Notes: generated from the letters alone by a model not told the origin. DNA of 64,000 bases from Campylobacteraceae bacterium (GCA_027063105.1 JAMOSL010000028.1:2886-66885), one strand, 5' to 3'. Numbered from the stretch's first letter, positions 40,015 through 48,680 are shown. Translations and numbers: made by a program.

Positions 40015-40938
40015 ATGAGAAATAAAAAATGGCTTTTAACACTATTAATATTTATAATTAGTAATATAATCATTATAGAGACAATATATCAGGTAAATAA
40101 TTATGATAGGCACGAAGTTGATTATTTGATAAAAAAAAGAATACCTCAATATAAAAATAAAGAATTTGAAAATATTTTATTAGGTGATAGTCTGGCAAGA
40201 AATGCTTTAGGCAATATGGTAATGCCAAGTGATATAGTTGAACTAACATCAAATAATGCTGTTTCAATGGCAGGAAATTATTTTATTTTAAAAAGGTATT
40301 TAAAAAATAATAAAAAACCCAAAAAACTATATTTATTCTGTATTCCAGATCATTTATATCAAGATTTAAATACACAGCATACATATTCTTATTTTGAAAA
40401 AGTTTTTACAGATAAAAAAGAGATAGCAGAGATACAAAAAATTAAGCCTTCTCTATTTAAAAATCATTTTTCTTTTAATAAATATATAGAAAGTAGATTA
40501 AAAACTTTAAAATTTTTACAATACTATAGAGGAAAACAAAAAGAAAAATTTACTTTGATGATAGAAAAACCATTATGTGAAAAGAAAGATTTTATGAATA
40601 AAGATATTAAAAGAGAAATTAATGATATGCAGATGAATAAAGATATAATTTATGAAATACCAAAAATATATATTGATAAAATGAATAATTTATGTAAAAT
40701 ATTAAATATTAAATTTACAATCGTAATTGAACCTATTCCCGAGGATATAAATAAGATATTTAAGATATCAGCTATTTATAGATATATCAAAAATAAAAAA
40801 ATAAAAATCATCAATATTAATGATTTCTATAACTTTAATAATTATTTTTTTAAAAATGATGGTACACATATTCATGGAAATACAAATTTATATTATCAAA
40901 ATCTTATTAATAAGCATGTCATAAAATTAGAAAGCTAG
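40015..40938 (+). CDS. Membrane-anchored partner of the MBOAT protein, SGNH/DltD/AlgJ-like (tentative)
   Basis: 307 aa with an N-terminal TM anchor, LLGDSLARN (a GDS-like block I) and a C-terminal DGTHIHGN (DxxH-like block V). It starts 8 nt after the MBOAT gene. Confidence 0.5.
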   Translation: MRNKKWLLTLLIFIISNIIIIETIYQVNNYDRHEVDYLIKKRIPQYKNKEFENILLGDSLARNALGNMVMPSDIVELTSNNAVSMAGNYFILKRYLKNNKKPKKLYLFCIPDHLYQDLNTQHTYSYFEKVFTDKKEIAEIQKIKPSLFKNHFSFNKYIESRLKTLKFLQYYRGKQKEKFTLMIEKPLCEKKDFMNKDIKREINDMQMNKDIIYEIPKIYIDKMNNLCKILNIKFTIVIEPIPEDINKIFKISAIYRYIKNKKIKIININDFYNFNNYFFKNDGTHIHGNTNLYYQNLINKHVIKLES

Positions 40939-41816
40939 TTGTATTTCCTCTCATATCTAGCTAACATACTCTCATTTCCTATTAATCCACCTTGATGTAT
41001 ATATAATGTTGTTTCTGTGAATATATCTGGATAGGATGAGACTATAATCCATCCTTTTGGGTCATATAATAAATCAAACTCAATACCATTATTCTTTAAT
41101 TCTTTATAAATATCATAGAATCCTCTATACAATTTGCCAAAATGATATTTTTTTTCTGTATTTAAGATAATTGGGTGATACTTTGTATTTCTTTCCAACA
41201 TTGAAAATTGTTTTTTTAGATACTCTTCATCTCCAACACAAGGAGTTGTATAAACTTTATATTTCAAATGCTTCTGAAGATATAACGCTGTTGTACCTGT
41301 TCCTGAGGGTAAGAAGATTTTTAAATTCTTAATATTATTATTCTCTTTCCATCCAATAATTTCTTTGGCTAATATTTCAATTCCATACTCTGCTTCTTTA
41401 CCTCTAGCCCCCTCTTCTATAAATAAAGTATTATCATCTAAAGATATTTTTTTATCATCTTTAATTGACATATTCATTCCATTTTTTAATGCTCTTAGAT
41501 AATTTCCCTGTGGGTTTTCTTTTAAATATGTAGGTATATGGTCGACAAAATAATCAAATTTCCAATTCTTTATTTTTGCAAGTTCTGACATAGAATACAT
41601 AGCATTTGATTGATTTGAACCATAGGATATGATTTTTTTAATTTTTGGAAAATCTTTTTGTAGATAGTAGTATAATTTTCTAGCTTTATTTCCAGAAAAT
41701 TTAGAGTGAATAGTATCATCTCTTTTAATGTAGAATGAGTCTCCTCTAAAAGAGAACTCATCTATTGAACTAGGTAATTTTAGTTCCTGTTTAAAATTTA
41801 ATTTCTGCCTACGCAA
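40935..41816 (-). CDS. PLP-dependent ACC deaminase / D-cysteine desulfhydrase-family protein
   Basis: 293 aa with YIKRDD....SGNKARKL, the PLP-lysine motif of the family. Its stop shares a CTAG overlap with the convergent gene. Confidence 0.75.
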   Translation of the reverse strand: MRRQKLNFKQELKLPSSIDEFSFRGDSFYIKRDDTIHSKFSGNKARKLYYYLQKDFPKIKKIISYGSNQSNAMYSMSELAKIKNWKFDYFVDHIPTYLKENPQGNYLRALKNGMNMSIKDDKKISLDDNTLFIEEGARGKEAEYGIEILAKEIIGWKENNNIKNLKIFLPSGTGTTALYLQKHLKYKVYTTPCVGDEEYLKKQFSMLERNTKYHPIILNTEKKYHFGKLYRGFYDIYKELKNNGIEFDLLYDPKGWIIVSSYPDIFTETTLYIHQGGLIGNESMLARYERKYN

Positions 41817-42871
41817 TTTAAATCTTCGAATGCTCTTTTTAATCTACCAATCATAGCAACTTCACCTGCTCTTAACCATTTTCTTGGGTCATAATGACCT
41901 TTGTTTGGTTTATCATCTCCATCAGGATTACCAATTTGCCCTTGAAGATAGTCATGATTATCTTTTGCATAATCTCTAACACCATCCCAATATGCCCATT
42001 GAGTATCCGTATCAATATTCATTTTTATAGCTCCATAACTGATAGCTTCTCTAATCTCTTCTAAAGCAGAGCCTGAACCACCATGGAAGACAAAATTAAC
42101 AGGTTTTTCATCCGTTGAATATTTATCTTGAATATATTTTTGTGAGTTATCTAAAATTTTTGGAGTTAATACAACATTACCAGATTTATATACACCATGA
42201 ACATTACCGAAAGATGCAGCAATTGTAAAGTTAGGACTAATTTTACTTAACTCCTCATACGCATAAGCTACCTCTTCTGGTTGAGTATAAAGTAAAGAGT
42301 TGTCAATATTTGTATTATCAACACCATCTTCTTCTCCACCTGTAACACCTAATTCTATCTCTAGTGTCATACCCATTTTACTCATTCTTTCAAGATAAGC
42401 TTTACAAGTAGAAATATTTTCTTCTATTGGTTCTTCTGATAAATCAATCATATGAGATGAAAATAGAGGTTTTCCATATTTTTCAAAATGCTCTTCACTT
42501 GCATCTAACAGACCGTCAATCCAAGGTAAAAGTTTTCTAGCAGCATGGTCTGTATGTAAAATAACAGGAACTCCATAAGCTTCAGCCATAATATGTACAT
42601 GTTTTGCACCAGAGATTGTTCCTAAGACAGCTGACTCAGTACCAGATAGTGCTTTTCCAGCATAAAAAGCTCCACCACCATTACTAAATTGAACTATTAT
42701 AGGAGAATTTACCTCTTTAGCAGATTCTAATACAGCATTTATAGAGTTACTTCCAACTACATTTACAGCAGGAATAGCATATCCTTCTGATTTTGCAATA
42801 GAAAATACTCTTTCCAAATCCTCACCAGAAATTACACCAGCATTAACTACATCTAAAACTTTTGTTGACAT
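41798..42871 (-). CDS. fba: Class II fructose-1,6-bisphosphate aldolase
   Basis: 357 aa, collinear with E. coli FbaA-type sequences (PAVNVVGSNSINAVLESAKEVNSPIIVQFSNGG; HTDH; HGGSGS). Confidence 0.93.
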   Translation of the reverse strand: MSTKVLDVVNAGVISGEDLERVFSIAKSEGYAIPAVNVVGSNSINAVLESAKEVNSPIIVQFSNGGGAFYAGKALSGTESAVLGTISGAKHVHIMAEAYGVPVILHTDHAARKLLPWIDGLLDASEEHFEKYGKPLFSSHMIDLSEEPIEENISTCKAYLERMSKMGMTLEIELGVTGGEEDGVDNTNIDNSLLYTQPEEVAYAYEELSKISPNFTIAASFGNVHGVYKSGNVVLTPKILDNSQKYIQDKYSTDEKPVNFVFHGGSGSALEEIREAISYGAIKMNIDTDTQWAYWDGVRDYAKDNHDYLQGQIGNPDGDDKPNKGHYDPRKWLRAGEVAMIGRLKRAFEDLNCVGRN

Positions 42872-42882
42872 TAATTTTCCTT

Positions 42883-43488
42883 TTATTTAATAACTATTTT
42901 AGCTTTTTTCATTAGATTTTTAGAGAATTTTTGTTGTCTTATTGTCATAATAATATACTCTTCAACCTTTTTAAATGTTAACTGTTTACCTTTTTTATCT
43001 TTAAATGCTTTTTTATTTTTGTTATAAAACTTTTTTGCTTCAGTTTTGCTAACTTTAATAGATTTTAATTTTTTACTCATCCAATACTGAGCAGCCAATT
43101 TATTTTTTTCTGCTTTTGTTACTTCTTTTCTTGAACGAACTTCAATTAAAGTTGTAGCAGCTAAATTTTTTACAATTTCTTCTCTTTGTTTTTTAGGTAA
43201 TCTATCAAAATCTTTTATTTTCCCTTTTGTAGCTATCTTCAGAAATTTATCGGCTTTAATTTTTCTTATATTATAACCATTCACTGTTCCAATAATTGCT
43301 TTACCTGAACGAGATTTATGTTGTACAACTTTTGGTTTTGCACCAACATTTAAATTATCTAAATCAACCATATCACTACCATTACTAGAAGATGCACTTG
43401 ATAAAAGACTATTTTTTAGCTCATCAGCATAGCTCAAAGAGCTTACTGCTAATGATATAACTAGAGTTATTATTACTTTTTTTACCAT
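42883..43488 (-). CDS. Lys-rich secreted protein (SurA-N-like chaperone domain?)
   Basis: I chose the start at MVKKVIITLVISLAVSSLSYA (signal peptide), 1 nt after the PPIase stop. There is no PPIase motif and about 25% of residues are Lys. Confidence 0.5.
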   Translation of the reverse strand: MVKKVIITLVISLAVSSLSYADELKNSLLSSASSSNGSDMVDLDNLNVGAKPKVVQHKSRSGKAIIGTVNGYNIRKIKADKFLKIATKGKIKDFDRLPKKQREEIVKNLAATTLIEVRSRKEVTKAEKNKLAAQYWMSKKLKSIKVSKTEAKKFYNKNKKAFKDKKGKQLTFKKVEEYIIMTIRQQKFSKNLMKKAKIVIK

Positions 43489-43489
43489 A

Positions 43490-44347
43490 CTACTTTTTCT
43501 TCTCTTCAACTTCAACTTTTGCTGTTTCTGTATAAGTTACTTTTGCTTTAGATTTAAGCTCTTTAGCTACTTCTGTTAATTTATCTTGAAATTGTTTTTG
43601 TTTTAAAGATTGAATAATTTTATCTTTTACATCTTTATATAAAATAACTGAACTGTCTTGTGTATTCTCAAGATAAATAATATGGAAACCAAATTGAGTT
43701 TTTACTGGAACTAAAGTAATTTCACCTTTTTTAAGTTTAAATACTGCTTCATCAAATTCTGGTACCATTTGACCTTTAGCAAAACTTCCAAGATCTCCAC
43801 CTTTTGTACTAGTTGGTCCTTTAGATTCAGCTTTTGCTAACTCTATAAATTTATTTTTAAGCTCATTTCCCTTAAGAGATTTTAATTTTTCAATAACATC
43901 TTTAGCTGTTTTTTCATCTGGAACTAAAATATGTCTAGCATGAACTGTTGCTGGAACTTTAAATTTATCTGGATTTTTTGTATAGAAATCTTTTGATTCA
44001 CTATCACTTACAAGTGCATTTTCCATCTGTTTTTTCATCCATAAACTAACAAGTAATTCATCTTGAAGTTTTTCTAAATTTTCTTTAAATTCAGCACTTT
44101 TTTCTATACCATCTTTTTTACTAGCTTTTAAAAATAAAACTCTTTCAACTAATCTTTCTGTAACCATTTTTTGTTGATTTGCAGGTAACTGTTCAAAAGA
44201 TGCTTGAGGTGCTGTAGCTTTTACAAATGACTGTGCATCTTGTTTTGTAATATTTTTTCCATCAACTGTAGCTAAAACATCAGATGCTACTAAACCACTA
44301 ATCATCATTGTTGCAGTAATTGCTGATATTTGTATCAATTTTTTCAT
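43490..44347 (-). CDS. Periplasmic parvulin-type peptidyl-prolyl isomerase (PEB4/HP0175-like)
   Basis: 285 aa with a signal peptide and a parvulin core (ARHILV...GGDLGSF..GQMVPEFD...FGFHIIY). The nth-PPIase-fba synteny matches Campylobacter. Confidence 0.85.
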   Translation of the reverse strand: MKKLIQISAITATMMISGLVASDVLATVDGKNITKQDAQSFVKATAPQASFEQLPANQQKMVTERLVERVLFLKASKKDGIEKSAEFKENLEKLQDELLVSLWMKKQMENALVSDSESKDFYTKNPDKFKVPATVHARHILVPDEKTAKDVIEKLKSLKGNELKNKFIELAKAESKGPTSTKGGDLGSFAKGQMVPEFDEAVFKLKKGEITLVPVKTQFGFHIIYLENTQDSSVILYKDVKDKIIQSLKQKQFQDKLTEVAKELKSKAKVTYTETAKVEVEEKKK

Positions 44348-44443
44348 ATTTTTGAACCTTTATATAAGTTTATTTGATTATGATTATATCTCTGATTAGT
44401 AAATCGTTTATTAACCATTTATCAGATATTTTATTCTAAAAAA

Positions 44444-45106
44444 GTGATAACAATAATGACAATAGTAAAGAGTTCTACAAAAAAAGAAATTGAAGCAATT
44501 AAAGATATATTCTTAGTTAATTACCCTAATAGTGTAAGTGAATTAAATTATAATAGTCTATATGAACTTATAGTTAGTGTAATGCTATCCGCTCAATGTA
44601 CTGATAAAAGAGTTAATATTATAACTCCTAATATTTTTAAAGCCTATCCAGATATTCATTCTTTATCTACTGCATCTTTAGATGATATAAAAGAATATAT
44701 AAATAGTTGTTCTTTTTTCAATAATAAGGCAAAAAATTTAATAAAAATGGCACAAAAAGTTATAGAAGATTTTAATGGAGAGATACCTTTAACACAAAAA
44801 GAATTAATGACTTTAGCAGGAGTTGGTCAAAAAACTGCAAATGTTGTTAGAATAGAGTATATGGAAGCAAATGTGATGGCAGTTGATACTCATGTATTTA
44901 GAGTAGCTCATAGATTAGGATTAAGTAATGCTACGACTGCTACAAAGGTAGAAGATGAGTTAACTAAAAAATTTAAAACAGAGTTGCATATTTTACATCA
45001 AGCAATGGTTCTATTTGGACGCTATAGATGTAAAGCTATAAGTCCAGATTGTGAAAATTGCTTTATGGAAAATTATTGTAAAAGTAAAGCTAGATTTAAA
45101 GTTTAA
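44444..45106 (+). CDS. nth: Endonuclease III
   Basis: HhH-GPD (LAGVGQKTANVV, VDTHVFRV) and a C-terminal 4Fe-4S loop (CKAISPDCENCFMENYC). The start is either GTG 44444 or ATG 44456. Confidence 0.92.
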   Translation: MITIMTIVKSSTKKEIEAIKDIFLVNYPNSVSELNYNSLYELIVSVMLSAQCTDKRVNIITPNIFKAYPDIHSLSTASLDDIKEYINSCSFFNNKAKNLIKMAQKVIEDFNGEIPLTQKELMTLAGVGQKTANVVRIEYMEANVMAVDTHVFRVAHRLGLSNATTATKVEDELTKKFKTELHILHQAMVLFGRYRCKAISPDCENCFMENYCKSKARFKV

Positions 45107-45210
45107 AATTAGAGATTCTTTAACATATCACTAAATCCATATTAAGCATTCCATAAAACCTATTTAGGCCTACTCATAATTAATTATTTTTATATTCATA
45201 AGTGATAAAA

Positions 45211-46575
45211 TCATAACCACCAAACCCTGAATTTTCTTCCTTTTATTTTACCCTTTTTTAATCCATCAAATGCATTTCTAATGCTTCTTTTATCTATTGC
45301 TACAAAAGATTTAGAATCAAAAATATCTATTTTTCCAATTTGTTCACCTGATATGCCAATATCTTTGCTTAATGCACCTAAAATATCACCTGCTCTTACT
45401 TTATTCTTTTTGCCACCATCTATACAGATAGTAGAATATGTAGATTCCATAATAAATTTTCGATCTATTGATATTTTATTAATATCTCTTTTTTCTATAT
45501 TTTTAGCTACATCAAATAGTTTGTCTTTCTCTCTATTTGTATATAAAGTTATAGCTTTACCTCTTGCTCCTGCTCTTGCTGTTCTACCTATTCTATGAGT
45601 ATAAACTTCATCACCATGTGGTATATCATAATTTATTACTAATTCTATATTTTTAACATCAAGTCCCCTAGATGCAACATCAGTAGCAACTAAAACAGCT
45701 ATTGAACCATTTGCAAACATTAAGAGAGCTTCTTCTCTCTCTCTCTGATCTAAGTCGCCTTGTAAGTCCATAGCTGAAAAGTTCTTTTCTCTTAGGAAAT
45801 CAGTTAACTCAATAGTCTCTATCTTCGTATTACAGAATACTAAAGCAGTTTTTGGTTTATATGATTTAAATAATTTTATTAAAGCTTCAGTTTTTGAAGA
45901 TTTTTCAATTTCATAGGCTACCTCTTCAATTGCTAATACTTCATGCGTTGTATCTGCTTTAATTGTTGTAGGTTCTGTTAATATCTCTTTAGCTAATTTT
46001 TGAATATTAGGAGGATATGTAGCAGAAAATAACATAGTATGTCTTTTTTTCGGAATATTAGATATGATTTTTTTAATTTCATCATAAAATCCCATATCAA
46101 CCATTCTATCAGCTTCATCTAGTACTAAAGTATTAATATCTTTTAGATAGATTGTTTCTCTTGATAAGTGGTCTTGGATTCTACCAGCTGTACCAACTAG
46201 AATATGTCCACCTTGTTCTAATGATGCCATTTGTGGACGCATAGGTGTACCACCACATAGAGTTAATATTTTTAGATTGTTTTTATATCTCGCGATGGAA
46301 CGCAACTCTTTTGCTACTTGGTCTGCCAATTCTCTTGTGGGACATAAGATCAAAGTTTGGGGATTTCTATTTTTAGTATCTATTTTTTCAATAATTGGAA
46401 TACCAAAACTAGCAGTTTTTCCAGAGCCAGTTTTGGCTTGGGCTATAATATCTTTTCCATCAAGTAGTATAGGTATAGTAGCCTCTTGAATTGCTGTCAT
46501 AGTTGTATATTCTAGCTGTTCTAAATTCTTAATAAGTTCCGATGATAGGGAGGTAATAGTGTTAAATTTTTTCAT
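45211..46575 (-). CDS. dbpA: DEAD-box ATP-dependent RNA helicase, DbpA-like
   Basis: AQAKTGSGKT, VLDEADRM, SAT and HRIGRTARAG motifs, plus a C-terminal DbpA-type RNA-binding domain (GGKKNKVRAGDILGAL). Confidence 0.88.
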   Translation of the reverse strand: MKKFNTITSLSSELIKNLEQLEYTTMTAIQEATIPILLDGKDIIAQAKTGSGKTASFGIPIIEKIDTKNRNPQTLILCPTRELADQVAKELRSIARYKNNLKILTLCGGTPMRPQMASLEQGGHILVGTAGRIQDHLSRETIYLKDINTLVLDEADRMVDMGFYDEIKKIISNIPKKRHTMLFSATYPPNIQKLAKEILTEPTTIKADTTHEVLAIEEVAYEIEKSSKTEALIKLFKSYKPKTALVFCNTKIETIELTDFLREKNFSAMDLQGDLDQREREEALLMFANGSIAVLVATDVASRGLDVKNIELVINYDIPHGDEVYTHRIGRTARAGARGKAITLYTNREKDKLFDVAKNIEKRDINKISIDRKFIMESTYSTICIDGGKKNKVRAGDILGALSKDIGISGEQIGKIDIFDSKSFVAIDKRSIRNAFDGLKKGKIKGRKFRVWWL

Positions 46576-46593
46576 GCAAAAGTCTACACTAAC

Positions 46594-47499
46594 TTATCTA
46601 TTATTAAGTTGAAGTTCAATTCTCTCTTTTAGTTGTATTAATTCTAATGCTGTTACGTCTTTAAATTGTGAGTTATTAAAAGTATTCTGTCTTTTTGCCA
46701 ACCTTCTAGTATTTATTATTATTTTTTCTTCTAACATGTTTATATCTAATCTTCCATCAAAATAATCTAATGTCTCTTTTATTCCTATAGATTTCATAGA
46801 ATTAGGTGAACGATTATATTTTTTTTCAAGATATGCTACTTCATCAATTAAACCTGTTTCTATCATTTTCTTAGTTCTTATTTTTATTCTTTCACGCAAA
46901 ATATCTCTATCTGTATTAATAGAATATATAGGCAACTTACCTATAATTGTAGATTTTGGTGGATTGTCTCTAAAATAATCTGTTGGGCTTTGAGTTGTTG
47001 ATAGATATATACTTAATGCTTTTTCTATTCTATACTTATCATTAGGAAAGATTCCTGCCATGTATTTATTATCTACATTTACCATCATTTGATACATTTG
47101 TGGCATTTCATATTTTAAAAGATCAGCTACTTCCTCTTTTGTCTCTTGTGAAATAGTGGGAAAAGAAGATATACCATCTATTAGGCTTTTTAAATAGAAA
47201 CTCGTTCCACCTACTATTATTAAATTTTTGTTTTTGTTTTTAGCTTTATTATATATTTTTTTATAAAGTTTTATAAATATAGTAACATCAAAAGCTTCAT
47301 TGGGATAGATTAAATCTATTCCATAATGTTCTATGCCATCTCTCTCTTCTATTGTAGGCTTTGCTGATACAATATCTATCTCTTGGTATATAGATAAAGA
47401 GTCAAGAGATAAGATGATGGCATTAAACTTTTTTGCAATATCAATTGATAACTGAGTTTTTCCAGAGGCAGTTGAACCTATAATTGCTATTTGTCTGAT
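46594..47499 (-). CDS. miaA: tRNA dimethylallyltransferase; N-terminal boundary uncertain (no ATG/GTG/TTG start)
   Basis: The frame is open from 47511 and encodes KALDIRQIAIIGSTASGKTQLSIDIAKKF...DSLSIYQEIDIVSAKP (P-loop and MiaA motifs) upstream of the first ATG at 47106. The end given here is a candidate ATC start preceded by AGAAAG. Confidence 0.75.
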   Translation of the reverse strand: MRQIAIIGSTASGKTQLSIDIAKKFNAIILSLDSLSIYQEIDIVSAKPTIEERDGIEHYGIDLIYPNEAFDVTIFIKLYKKIYNKAKNKNKNLIIVGGTSFYLKSLIDGISSFPTISQETKEEVADLLKYEMPQMYQMMVNVDNKYMAGIFPNDKYRIEKALSIYLSTTQSPTDYFRDNPPKSTIIGKLPIYSINTDRDILRERIKIRTKKMIETGLIDEVAYLEKKYNRSPNSMKSIGIKETLDYFDGRLDINMLEEKIIINTRRLAKRQNTFNNSQFKDVTALELIQLKERIELQLNNR

Positions 47500-47511
47500 A
47501 TCTAATGCTTT

Positions 47512-48330
47512 CTAGTTTGGGTTTACTAAATAATAACTTCCCATAAAGAAGATAGGTATTAATATAAAATATTTAATTGCAACAGCTGTAAAACTAACAA
47601 CTTGACAACCTGTACAAGATATAACTTTACTTGCTTCATATTTAGCATAAGCTAAATATCCGATTGTTAATAGAAATGTCATTATTGTTGCAAAAATTCC
47701 ATAATGATATAATGTTTCTAAAGTCTCTTTTTTCAAAGAAAATAATGGAGTAAATAGAGTTAGTCCTTGAAAGAATAGAAGTTTATTAATTGCACTTTTA
47801 AAATATTCTCTTTTTGAGAAGTTACTATCTGAATTAAATTCACCTTTAGCACCGTTTATTGATAATTTCTTTTCTACCATTTTTCTATGTTTTCTATCTA
47901 GTTTATTTGCAAAAGTTCCACCGAATGTATAATCAAATTTTCTTTGAAGAAGATAACTAAAGTGACCAGAGACAGTCATTGAGTGTTGTTTCCCCATTCT
48001 ATCTTGATATATAAATGTAATTTGTTCATGTCGAGGTATCTCTTCTTCTATATCTGGCATATATAATGATGTCTCAGAGGAGATAGTTTTTCCTGCTGTT
48101 TTAAGTATTCTAGGATTACAAAAGGTATGCCATTCACCATGCGTATCTTTTGCAACAACAACAGATATCGGAATAGCTATCTGAATTGCAGCTAAACCTT
48201 CAGTGTCATTTGCCTCAATAGTTTCTTTCATATCTTGGACAAGTTCATCTACCTCATCATTAAATTTTCTTACATCAGTTGATAGAATATTTATTCTTTC
48301 ATCAGGGTAACGAATAAGCTCTTGTATCAT
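47512..48330 (-). CDS. Peptide-deformylase-like protein with substituted metal ligands and a C-terminal membrane anchor
   Basis: 272 aa. YPDERI and TEGLAAIQIAIP fit PDF motif 1. ETSLY replaces EGCLS, and QRKFDYTFG replaces QHExDHLxG. The C-terminal third has three hydrophobic helices. Confidence 0.7.
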   Translation of the reverse strand: MIQELIRYPDERINILSTDVRKFNDEVDELVQDMKETIEANDTEGLAAIQIAIPISVVVAKDTHGEWHTFCNPRILKTAGKTISSETSLYMPDIEEEIPRHEQITFIYQDRMGKQHSMTVSGHFSYLLQRKFDYTFGGTFANKLDRKHRKMVEKKLSINGAKGEFNSDSNFSKREYFKSAINKLLFFQGLTLFTPLFSLKKETLETLYHYGIFATIMTFLLTIGYLAYAKYEASKVISCTGCQVVSFTAVAIKYFILIPIFFMGSYYLVNPN

Positions 48331-48461
48331 TAAAATAGTCCTTAGTTGTAGAAGTTATAGTAAACTTATTTTAAAACTAAATAGCTTAAAATATTGAATT
48401 TAAAAAAAAGTCTTATTATATTTAGAAGATGAATATCCCTAAAAAAGAGATATTCTTGATT

Positions 48462-48629
48462 TTAGTGGTGACTCTTTAGAATAAGAATAGTCATTCTAAT
48501 ATTAATAGCAACAAATCTAACTAATTGCCATAAAACACAAGTTCTTAAAAATTTTGCTCCACCTAAAGGTATCATTGTCCCAAATTGAGGACTATATGGT
48601 TCTATATGATTTACATGTTTTTTTGACAC
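48462..48629 (-). CDS. Candidate 55-aa small membrane protein (below the ORF-track cutoff)
   Basis: GTG start with AGGAGATAAA immediately upstream. Sequence: MSKKHVNHIEPYSPQFGTMIPLGGAKFLRTCVLWQLVRFVAINIRMTILILKSHH, with one hydrophobic helix. Confidence 0.35.
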   Translation of the reverse strand: MSKKHVNHIEPYSPQFGTMIPLGGAKFLRTCVLWQLVRFVAINIRMTILILKSHH

Positions 48630-48663
48630 TTTATCTCCTAATTATTTTAATTATTTTAATAAA

Positions 48664-48680
48664 CAGAGGAAAAACCTCTG
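48664..48680 (-). terminator. Rho-independent terminator of sqr
   Basis: cagagg-aaaaa-cctctg hairpin 26 nt 3' of the sqr stop, followed on the minus strand by TTTATT. Confidence 0.6.

Noticed and set aside
45107-45210. 104-nt convergent spacer between nth and dbpA, examined for a terminator, tRNA or sRNA.
   Set aside because: No stable hairpin or tRNA-like cloverleaf could be found by eye.
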